NCBI GenBank assembly: GCA_002269645.1 | Contig: NIVC01003146.1 | Span: forward strand, 1-64,000 | Direction of reading: 5' to 3' | Source of the DNA: Macrostomum lignano | Taxonomy: Eukaryota | Length of the DNA stretch: 64,000 nt | Part shown: one piece after another, positions 1-39,100 of the stretch | How the letters are laid out: every line of letters starts with the position of its first letter | How positions within the stretch are numbered: position 1 is the first letter of the stretch | Notes under the pieces: generated by a model | Seen by the model: the letters and a program-made list of their open reading frames with translations, nothing else | Told to the model about the DNA's origin: nothing | The model's database searches: none | Translations under genes and position numbers: made by a program

Positions 1-44
1 AGCTAAGACGGCGCTGAGAGGCTCTGATTGGTGGGAGATGTCTC

Positions 45-330
45 CTATTGGCTACGGAGGTCTCTGATTGGCTACGGAGGTCTTTGATTGGCTACGGAGG
101 TCTCTGATTGGCTACGGAGGTCTCTGATTGGCTAAGGAGGTCTCTGATTGGCTACGGAGGTCTTTGATTGGCTACGGAGGTCTCTGATTGGCTACGGAGG
201 TCTCTGATTGGCTACGGAGGTCTTTGATTGGCTACAGAGGTCTTTGATTGGCTACGGAGGTCTCTGATTGGCTACGGAGGTCTCTGATTGGCTACGGAGG
301 TCTCTGATTGGCTACGGAGGTTTCTGATTG
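45..330. repeat. 20-bp minisatellite (ATTGGCTACGGAGGTCTCTG)n
   Basis: About 14 tandem copies in a RyR intron, next to the donor at 348. Confidence 0.95.
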
Positions 331-348
331 GGAGTGAGATAGACTCAC

Positions 349-29186
<28,838 letters not shown>

Positions 29187-29742
29187 GCCCTTGGAAAGGA
29201 AATGGCAAAGGGAGCACGATGTACTTTGGCAAGTGAGTTTGGATTTCAAAGCAGCAAAAATGAATGAATAAAACAGAAAGCAGGAAAGCTTAGCACCATA
29301 AAAAGCAAAACCAGACAGTTTGGCGTCACCTGAAAGTCTGACACTCAGGTAACAAATGACGCAACAGTTGCTCGAAAAGCCGAACGCCGAAGGAAATTCT
29401 TTTTGAATAACTCGATAAAAAGATTTGACACTCAACAAAAATCAATCAATAACTGGCGGAAGAAACGCAGCGGATCTAAGGTGAATTTACATCCTCCGAC
29501 AGCATGAGGTGAACCATAGCTGGGCAGCCGGGGTGGCGACTGATTCTTCTGCTGCTGCTGATGAAGCTGGGAGGCTGGCTGGTTTATCACCGAACACTTC
29601 GGTTCGCCAATGGGTCAGCGGATGCGGCACTGGCGGAGGCTGCAGAGGTGCGCGCACAGGGGTTGGGAGCGCTGGTTGATCGCAAACTACCGGGGAGTCT
29701 CTACCCCCCCCCCCCCCGGGTCCGGGTAGCAACGCCCTTTAC

Positions 29743-30100
29743 CTGCGAACTTCGATCGCCGAGAGCAAGCAGAAGGCTGGTGGCCTGCAGAGTTCCCGGG
29801 GGCCGCTTCTGCCTGCAGCTTGAATGTGACGTTGGATGCACTGCTGCTGCTGCTGCAGCTACTAGAAGCAAAGATCTGGAACTGCAGGCAATTTTTTGGA
29901 CACAGGGGGCCACGCGCGGCTGACAGCGGGTGAGAGGGGGGAGAAGGGATCGGGGGGAGAAATTTCTGGGGTTGGGGAGGGAAGAGACGCAAGGAGAGAC
30001 AGAGAAGGAAGTCTGAAGACGAGAGAGAGAGAGGGCAGGAGTGCAGCTCAGTGCAGCTCGCAGGGCCGATCGCAGCTGCGCTCCCCCTTCTCTCCTTCCC
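29743..30100 (-). other. Possible non-coding 5' exon of RyR
   Basis: CAG|GTAAAG donor-like site at 29743 in a GC-rich stretch; a polypyrimidine tract plus AG lies 3 nt before the RyR ATG (TTTCCTTTCCAAG|GGCATG), implying an upstream UTR exon. The left-to-right extent is a guess. Confidence 0.3.
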
Positions 30101-30198
30101 CAGGCCAGGCAGATCCCGAAGCTCTGCGGCCACCCCTCTGCCACGTGCAGCCGCAAAGTCGCGCAGCAAGAGCGGCTTGCCGTCGACTGTGCGAAATT

Positions 30199-30512
<314 letters not shown>

Positions 30513-30549
30513 TCTTCATTTCAGTGTCTGTCTTGGTGTCTGTCCTAAT

Positions 30550-31868
30550 GCTATAAGAATCGACATGAATCATGATTAATAGAAACCGACAAGAGTCATG
30601 AGTCATAAGAACATGTGTCGTAAAATCCGGCGTGAATCATAAGAACCGACATGAGTCATAAAAACCGACATGAGTCATAAAAACCGACACGAGTCATAAA
30701 AAACCGACACGAGTCATAAAAAACCGACACGAGTCATAAAAACCGACATGAGTCCCAGTCGCGAGACTTAATGCCGACCCAGCAACATGCATTCCAAATT
30801 TCCAAATAGTCACATTCCCAACCGTCACATTCCCAAACTTTACATTCCCAAACGGTCACACACTCAAATTGTCACATTCCGAGCGTAGCTACGCAAGTTA
30901 AAAAAAGATTTTAAGTTTCAATAAACTTCAAAATTTTCGAAAAAGTTCTGGCAAGAATTTTTTTTCTTTTTTCGAATTCCAGAATCTCATGTCTAATCAA
31001 AGTCTCACTGCTATACTGGCTACTGCTCGCTAGTAGTAACTATATTGTTTATTAAAAATGTGGGTTAAATATCGATAACTTGACTTGAATGGAACAGGAG
31101 TTCTTAACAAACACTAGAGTCTAACTTGTGCGTATGGACAGAAAAATGGGCTGGTGCACCCTTCAGCTAGTGCACCCTGATCCTTCAGCTGGTGCCCCCG
31201 ATCCTTCAGCTGGTGCCCCCCGATCCTTCAGCTGGTGCCCCCGATCCTTCAGCTGGGTGCCTCCCGATCCTTCAGCTGGGTGCCTCCCGATCCTTCAGCT
31301 GGGTGCCTCCCGATCCTTCAGCTGGGTGCCTCCCGATCCTTCAGCTGGGTGCCCCTCCCCGATCCTTCAGCTGGGTGCCCCTCCTCGATCCTTCAGCTGG
31401 GTGCCTCCCAATCCTTCAGCTGGGTGCCCCTCCCCGATCCTTCAGCTGGGTGCCTCCCGATCCTTCAGCTGGGTGCCCCCCGATCCTTCAGCTGGTGCCC
31501 CCCGATCCTTCAGCTGGTGCCCCCGATCCTTCAGCTGGGTGCCTCCCGATCCTTCAGCTGGGTGCCTCCCGATCCTTCAGCTGGGTGCCTCCCGATCCTT
31601 CAGCTGGGTGCCTCCCGATCCTTCAGCTGGGTGCCCCTCCCCGATCCTTCAGCTGGGTGTCCCTCCCCGATCCTTCAGCTGGGAGCCCCGGATCTTTCAG
31701 CTGGGTGCCCCTTTCCGATCCTTCAGCTGGGTGCCCCTTTCCGATCCTTCAGCTGGGTGCCCCCCGATCCTTCAGCTGGGTGCCCCATGATCCTTCAGCT
31801 GGGTGCCCCTTTCCGATCCTTCAGCTGGGTGCCCCTTTCCGATCCTTCAGCTGGGTGCCCCCCGATCC
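30550..31868 (-). repeat. Inverted diverged duplicate of intronic DNA at 14370-17870 (minisatellite A - AT-rich core - minisatellite B - minisatellite C), lacking both exons
   Basis: The reverse complement reproduces, in order: the CAGCTGAAGGATCGGG array; core words CTGTCCATAC.GCAC, GAACTCCTGTTC, AAGTCAAGT, GCAGTGAGA, TGATTAGAC, TTTATTGA.ACT; the GGGAATGTGAC array; TGCATGTTGCTGGG; and the ATGACTCA.GTC.G array. Confidence 0.85.
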
Positions 31869-32640
31869 TTCAAGGCGGTCAGGAGTGCTTCGGACTGCAG
31901 GACAGCCCTCACGGAACGGAAGTCCGCTGCGATGTCGCAGATCCTCGCGATCATCAGACACCAGACCGCCGAGGTAGACGAACTGCTGACAGCGCCTCGG
32001 CAGAAAATTGCAGCCTCAATTTCGTCCGGCACTCAGAGCACGACGGTCTTCTGCGTGGTGACCACCAGGCCGACAGTCGCCGCAATGCTTTCCAGCCGGT
32101 CCAGCCGCCGCTGGGCGCCCTCGACGGTCGAGGACAGCAGGGCGAGATCGTCGGCGGAGCCAAGCACACTGAGCTGCCTCTCCGGTTGGCGCCGACCCAC
32201 GCGTCGCTGCAGCAGAAAGCCGTCGTCGTTAGAAGGAAGAGCGGTCCGCAGCACCCAGTCAAGCACCAGGACGAACAGGAACGAAATCCGACAGGCCGTC
32301 CGGTGTCAGCACAGCAGCGTTCGTGCCATGATACAGCGCCATGACGGCGGGAATCAGCTGCTCTGGTATGCTGGGAGCACAGCACTCACGACCGAGTCGA
32401 AAGCCTTCCTGAAGTCAATAAAGAGAACAATCAGGCTCGACTCGGTCCGCGCTTTCTCGATGACTCGGCGAAGAGCCAGGATCTGCGCCACTGTGCCGCG
32501 CAGGACTGCAGGCAGATACCTCGGTGCTTCTCAAGCCGTGTGGTGCCCCCCCCCCCCGATTCTTCGGAATAGCGATGTGCGCCGTGTTACATTCGCTGTG
32601 AGCCGCCTCACCGAAAAGCAGGCGGTTCATCACATTGGCA
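31869..32640 (-). mobile_element. Degenerate non-LTR retrotransposon (LINE) reverse transcriptase fragment
   Basis: Minus-strand peptides across frameshifts: LFVLVLDWVLRTALP, SVLGSADDLALLSS (YADD box mutated to SADD), AATVGLVVTTQKT, QQFVYLGG; upstream IAIPK and LFIDFRKAFDSV-type motif. Truncated where the CAGCTGAAGGATCGGG minisatellite begins. Confidence 0.85.
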
Positions 32641-32697
32641 ACCTCACTGGCCTCACAGCTGAGTCGCAGCCCTCATAATCGAATTGTCAAAACCGAA

Positions 32698-32975
32698 GGG
32701 GCTTGTAGCCTAGTGGTCAGAGCATGTGACCTACGACTGAAAGGTCGGGCCCTCGGGGTTCGATTCTCGACCCATTTGTGTCCTTGAGCAAGAAACTTAA
32801 CTTTGCATTGCTTCAGTTCACCCAACTGTAAAGTCGGTTACCAGCATTAGCTGGGGTAATTTAGGGGGTGTGGTGACCCCCCCCCCAGTCCTTGGACTGA
32901 ACAGCCGTACGCAGCCTTCAGATGCGCCGCGTAATAGCTGCGGCTGAGCTGTCGGTTGCACATCTGCCGGTGTAA
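32698..32975 (+). mobile_element. tRNA-derived SINE with CORE (MIR-like) central domain
   Basis: A box TAGCCTAGTGG, B box GGTTCGATTC, then GTGTCCTTGAGCAAGAAACTTAACTTTGCATTGCTTCAGTTCACCCAACTGTAAAGTCGG, which resembles the MIR CORE consensus as I recall it (GTGACCTTGGGCAAGTCACTTAACCTCTCTG...CTCAGTTTCCTCATCTGTAAAATGGG); ends in a TTGTTATT-type tail. Confidence 0.75.
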
Positions 32976-33019
32976 TCAATTGTTATTTGTTATTAGTTCA
33001 AAAGCAGTTGATACCTTAA

Positions 33020-33939
33020 CAGTAGAACAACCAAGAGGGGGGGAGGGAAATTCCCCCCCCCTGACAATTTTTTTGCTGCGCCGGAACGGAGCAACGCAGG
33101 CACACGAAATTCAAGAACACGGGCTGACTTTTTGTTGCGCACCTTCTCAAACAAGAATCAAGTCGCCAGCCCTTCGGACCGTTGAGATATTAGACAATTC
33201 TGCCAGAAGGTCGGATTTTTCCCATAAGCGCTAGTGTATTCAGTACACCCCTGTGCGCCAATTAGCACTGCGCCTCAGTGCAGCCTTGCCAAGTCTACAA
33301 ATTTCACCAGCACGTCGAACACATGTGTCTGCATCAGCTCTGACTTCGTTGGTTACTGGCCTTCACCCAAGTGGAGCTTCTGGACCCTAAACAGCTGTGG
33401 CACCAGGTGACTATCGACACCCTGATGCGGATTTCTCTAGTTTCGTCGATCAAGCCTCGACAGAGGGCAAGAATCAACCGCCAGACATTCTCAGCTAGTC
33501 TCTCAAGCATTCCGTCATCACCCGGACGCCGTCGGCTCCTTCAAAAAATTACAACAGGTGACTATGGACATCCTGTTGCAAATATGTCAGGTTTTTCTTA
33601 TCAAGCTTCAATAATGAGCAAACCTCAACTGCTGGACATCCTCAGCTAGTCAGTCAAGCATTCAGCCATCACCCCGACGCCGTAAGCACCTTCAACAGGT
33701 GGCACCAGGGGAGTAAGGACACCTGAGCGTGATTTTTCATCATGCTCTTAACATTTCGGCGTCGGGGTGATGGCTGATTCTTGTTTGAGAAGGTGCGCAA
33801 CAAAAAGTCAGCCCGTGTTCTTGAATTTTGTGTGCCTGTGTTGCTCCGTTCCGGCGCAGCAAAAAAAATTGTCAGGGGGGAAATTCCCCCCCCCTCTTGG
33901 TAGTTCGACGGGCGGAAAAATGGCTTGGTATTCCTACTG
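33020..33939. mobile_element. Non-autonomous inverted-repeat element (MITE-like), flanked by TTAA
   Basis: About 130-bp near-identical inverted repeats 33031-33160 and 33776-33900; outermost termini TTAA|CAGTAG ... CTACTG|TTAA (TTAA at 33016-33019 and 33940-33943); no transposase ORF. Confidence 0.8.
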
Positions 33940-34084
33940 TTAAACTGACTTGTCATTATAGACTCAACCAATGGCAACTGTGTGCTCGATGGAGTTGGCA
34001 AGTGTGAGAATTAGCTTGCAATGTAGCCCAAAAAATCAAAGTTTTGATAACAATAATGATAGATTTGTTTGCATTTGAATCTTC

Positions 34085-35300
34085 AGGTTTTAAATAAATA
34101 TAAAGACATTAATAATAATAATAATATAAATGGTTTTGTTTTACGTTTGACACCGATCGCCGCGCCAATACTGAAGTTGCTCAGACTGGCAATGATGAAG
34201 CCAAGGATGCTGGAGGTGAAAATGTACACAGATGAGTAGATGCAGATTATATAAAAAGCTAGGACTCGATAAAAAGTATTGATAAAGCTATGCTTGAGGG
34301 TAAAAGAGCACAAAAAGGAGAGTTGCAAGCGGATTAGACTGGGAATCAGAATAGAATTTTGGTAAATCAAGTCAGGACAGGCAAATAAAATCATCAAGTC
34401 AGTTCTCGCTAGCAAATGGATGAGCACCGACTGTGTTTGGTTGGAGCACAGATCTGTCAGTTGCAACTGGAATCAAATGTTGAAGCAGGTAAGTCATAAC
34501 AATATCTGGTAATATTATTAATAAAACTGCGGCACAACAGGTCGAGAGCTGGCAGGCGGGCAAGTCGGGGCCGGCGTGGCTGCTGCAACTGGGCGGCGCC
34601 GCATGAGCTGGGCCGGGGGGTTGGCGGCTGCTGATGGAGCTGAGGTGAGGGCAGAGGGGGTGGGGGGCAGAGGGGGTGAGAGCAGAGGGGTGAGGGGCAG
34701 AGGGGTGAGGGCAGAGGGGGTGGGGGCAGAGGGGGTGAGGGCAGAGGAGGTGAGGGCAGAGGGGGTGAGGGCAGAGGGGTGAGGGCAGAGGGGGTGAGGG
34801 GCAGAGGAGGTGAGGGCAGAGGGGGTGAGGGGCAGAGGAGGTGAGGGCAGAGGGGGTGAGGGGCAGAGGAGGTGAGGGCAGAGGGGGTGAGGGGCAGAGG
34901 AGGTGAGGGCAGAGGGGGTGAGGGTAGAGGAGGTGAATAACAAATACAACTGGCAAAGTGCCCGCCCAGTTGAGCAGCAGCGCGGAGGCACAGAAGGACA
35001 CAAAAGTACAAAAGATGAGAACGGCAAAGTGCGGATATACAAATGACGGCGAACGGTAAAAACTGGCAGATAAAAATGCAAGCCATATACGGGCAGGGGA
35101 CTGGAGCAGCGCTGAGCATTATGGAGGATGGGGTGGCAGTCAGGCCAGCGTAAAAACAAGAAAATCTGTGAATATAATAAACAAGCAAAGTGGTAAATTC
35201 AATACTACTCACTAAACATACAGAAATGTACCAATGGGAAAAGCATCTGAGCATGCCAATAAATAATAACAGTCATCATAATCAGAAAATAACCCTGCAG
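34085..35300 (-). mobile_element. Possible highly decayed LINE 3' end interrupted by a minisatellite
   Basis: The minus strand ends in a (TAT)n tail near 34110-34125; peptide LPDIVMTYLLQHLIP weakly recalls the DLIxxYKI motif of CR1/L2 C-termini. Weak support. Confidence 0.25.
34640..34930. repeat. G-rich minisatellite (GAGGGCAGAGG(A/G)G(G)T)n
   Basis: Direct reading. Confidence 0.9.
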
Positions 35301-35652
35301 AAGTTGATCATTTTATTATAAGACTAAGACGAGCAAAGGGCACTTTTGCACGCAAATTATACACTGATTCTGGCCTGCTTACTAACAGTAGGATAATTCG
35401 AATCTGCAAAGCTTTCGATAGCAACAATGGGGAAGACGACAATTGATGAATTTGACAGCCATAATCTTTGTGGTTAAATAAATTGACGATGAGTCAGACG
35501 GATGGTTAGGAATGTGGGATCAGAAGGCCAGCTACTGGACAGACAGACAGACAGACCGGATTAGTGCATCCATTGATTAATGACTGTACGCGAGTCTGCG
35601 GCGAAGTCAAAACAATTTTATAAGGGTCAAACAGCTCAAAAGAGGCGCTATT

Positions 35653-36040
35653 GGAGTCCCTACTCAGGTAACTGGAGTCCCTACTTAAGTACATGGAGTC
35701 CCTACTAAAGCAACGGGGAGTCCCTACTAAAGCAACGGGGAGTCCCTACTTAAGTACAGGGAGTCCCTACTAAAGCAACGGGGAGTCCCTACTTAAGTAC
35801 GGGGAGTCCCTACTAAAGTAACGGGGAGTCCCTACTGAAGTAACGGGGAGTCCCTACTAAAGTAACGGGGAGTCCCTACTGAAGTAACGGGGAGTCCCTA
35901 CTAAAGTAACGGGGAGTCCCTACTGAAGTAACGGGGAGTCCCTACTGAAGTAACGGGGAGTCCCTACTAAAGTAACGGGGAGTCCCTACTGAAGTAACGG
36001 GGAGTCCCTACTGAAGCAACGGGGAGTCCCTACTGAAGTA
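35653..36040. repeat. 22-bp minisatellite (GGGGAGTCCCTACTRAAGTAAC)n
   Basis: Lies just downstream of the VKR stop codon. Confidence 0.93.
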
Positions 36041-36157
36041 CTGAAGTCAGGGCGGCTGTACACCCTGTGTGAGCGTGTGTGAGTGCGTGCCTGCGTACAG
36101 GGCACAGATGAGCAGTGGCGCTAGTAGGCATGGCAGCAGCAGTTGACAGGCGGGAGG

Positions 36158-39100
36158 TCACAGCTCGGACAGCAGCCGCATGGAGGCGTCGCTTCTGGCA
36201 GTTTTGATGGCCTCCATCGGCAGACCGCTGTTGTTCCTGCGCAGCTGCAGGGTCTGCTGTCCGCGCAGGTCGTTGGCTTGCGCCTTGGCGGCGGTGCTGG
36301 AGGCCACATAGGCAGCGGCCAGCGAGTGCGAGCTGGTGGAGTTCAGCTTGTTCAGCTGCTCGACGGACTGCTGCGGCCGCTTGGTGGAGTTGGTGACGGA
36401 CCGGACGCTGCCGCTGCTGCCGCGGAGTTTGTCGTCGCGGTTGATTCGCCGGAAGCCGAGGTAGTCCAGCGGCTGGCTGGGCGGCGCCTCCTCCAGGCAG
36501 GCCGCCACGCAGCCCGGATGTCTGGCTAGCTCCTCGGCCACATCCGTCATGGTCGGCCGCTTGTCGTGCTCGAAGCTCCAGCAGCAGGCCATGAGGTTGC
36601 GCAGCAGCGGGTTGACGTCCACCGGCAGGTGCTCCAGCAGGGTGTCGCCGCGTTTCACGGCGTCGCAGACCTCCTCGTTGGAGCGGCTGCCGTAGGGGAA
36701 CTTGCCGAAGGTGACGATCTCGTACAGCACGATGGCGTAGGACCAGACGTCTGACTTGTAGGTGAACAGGCCGTACTGGATCGCCTCCGGCGACATCCAG
36801 CGGACTGGCAGCATGCCGCGGCGATCGAATCTGCGGGCAGCATGGAAGTAAAGTACTGTTGCAGCAGTGGGATTCAATGCATTACAGCAATGGAAGGCAC
36901 TGCATTACAGCAATGGAAGGCATTGCATTACAGCAATGGAAGGCACTGCATTACAGCAATGGAAGGCACTGCATTACAGCAATGGAAGGCATTGCATTAC
37001 AGCAATGGAAGGCACTGCATTACAGCAATGGAAGGCACTGCATTACAGCAATGGAAGGCACTGCATTACAGCAATGGAAGGCACTGCATTACAGCAATGG
37101 AAGACACTGCATTACAGCAATGGAAGGCACTGCATTACAGCAATGGAAGGCACTGCATTACAGCAATGGAAGACACTGCATTACAGCAATGGAAGGCACT
37201 GCATGACAGCAGTGGAAGGCACTGCATGACAGCAGTGGAAGGCACTGCATTACAGCAGTGGAAGGCACTGCATTACAGCAATGGAAGGCACTGCATTACA
37301 GCAGTGTAAGGCACTGCATTACAGCAGTGGGAGTCACTGCATTACAGCAGTGGGAGTCATTGCATGACAGCAGTGGAAGGCACTGCATTACAGCAGTGGG
37401 AGTCATTGCATGACAGCAGTGGAAGGCACTGCATTACAGCAGTGGGAGTCATTGCATGACAGCAGTGGAAGGCACTGCATTACAGCAGTGGGAGTCATTG
37501 CATGACAGCAGTGGAAGGCACTGCATTACAGCAGTGGGAGTCATTGCATGACAGCAGTGGAAGGCACTGCATTACAGCAGCAGTGGGAGTCATTGCATGA
37601 CAGCAGTGGAAGGCACTGCATTACAGCAGTGGGAGTCACTGCATGACAGCAGTGGAAGGCACTGCATGACAGCAGTGGAAGGCACTGCATGACAGCAGTG
37701 GAAGGCACTGTAAACCAAGAATTGCATTAATTGCAAGCAGTTATCAATTGCAACAACAGCCAGTCAGCCAACTGGCACTCAACAACGTAAACAAACAAGC
37801 GGCAGTTTCGTTGGAAAGTCGGAAAACGAGCGATTTCAACTCTCTGCGCAAGTTTGAAAGCTTCAGAGCGAGCGCGCACAGTGGGGCACAGGGCGCAGGG
37901 TTGTAAAACACCCCCTCCTTTCGGACTCAGTACCAGTTTAATGCTGGTAGCGCGCGAACAAGCAGAGAATTCTGCAACTTGCACTTTTAGGGCCTTGAAA
38001 AAGTTGCCAACAGCGATTTACCAGCGGGCTTGTCAGCTTAACCACTTAGAGAGCTGCGCGCGAGTTGACACGAAACAGTGGACAGTTGAAGTTTATAGCC
38101 TTAGATTCTTAGCCATAAGATCTCGGACATAAAAATTTAAAAGGCCCCGGACAGTCGGACACCCAGCTTAAAAACCCCAGACACTCAGTTTACAACCCGG
38201 ACACCCTCATTACAAACCTAGCTCTCAGACACTCAGCTTACTAACCCCGGGCACAGCTTATAAATCCCGGACACCCATCTTATAAATCCCGGATATCCAT
38301 CTTATAAATCCCGGACACTCATCTTATAAAACCCGAACAACCAGCTTATAAATCCCGGATACCCAGCTTATAAATACCGGACACCCATCTTATAAATCCC
38401 GGACACCCATCTTATAAATCCCGGACACCCATCTTATAAATCCCGGACACTCATCTTATAAAACCCGAACAACCAGCTTATAAATCCCGGATACCCGGCT
38501 TATAAATCCCGGACACCCATCTTATAAATCCCGGACACTCATCTTATAAATCCCGGACACTCATTTTATAAAACCCGGACACTTATCTTAAAAAACCCGG
38601 ACAAACCCCGGACACCCTAGGCAGAAGACAGCAGTCCCCCAGCTCACCGATAATAGTCCTTCTTGTCGCTGACCTCCCTGGCCAGCCCGAAGTCGCAAAT
38701 CTTGATGGTGAGCTTGTCGGTCACCAGGCAGTTGCGAAGCGCCACATCCCGGTGGATGTACTTGACCCCGTGCAGGTACTCCAAGCCCTTGGCGATGTCT
38801 ATAGCAAAGTTCGTCAGCGTAGTCGGCAGGCTGGCCGAGAACTCGCCGGGCTCCCTGGCGTGGACGCGCCGGGAGATCAGGTAGGTCTTCAGGTCGCCGT
38901 GCAGGCACATCTCCATGATGGCGTAGAACGGCTCCTCCTGGGTGGACACGGCCAGCAGACAGACGATGTTGGAGTGCTTGAACTGGCGCATCAGAGTGGC
39001 CTCGCTCAGGAAGGTGCACTTCTCCGAGTTGCTGGCCGTGTCACGGAGCGACTTCAGCGCGCAGGGAATCCACTGGTTCTTCAGCTGCACCTCGCCGCCG

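Noticed and set aside
32698-32775. tRNA gene
   Set aside because: A and B boxes are present, but I cannot fold a proper cloverleaf or acceptor stem, and the sequence continues into a SINE CORE domain.
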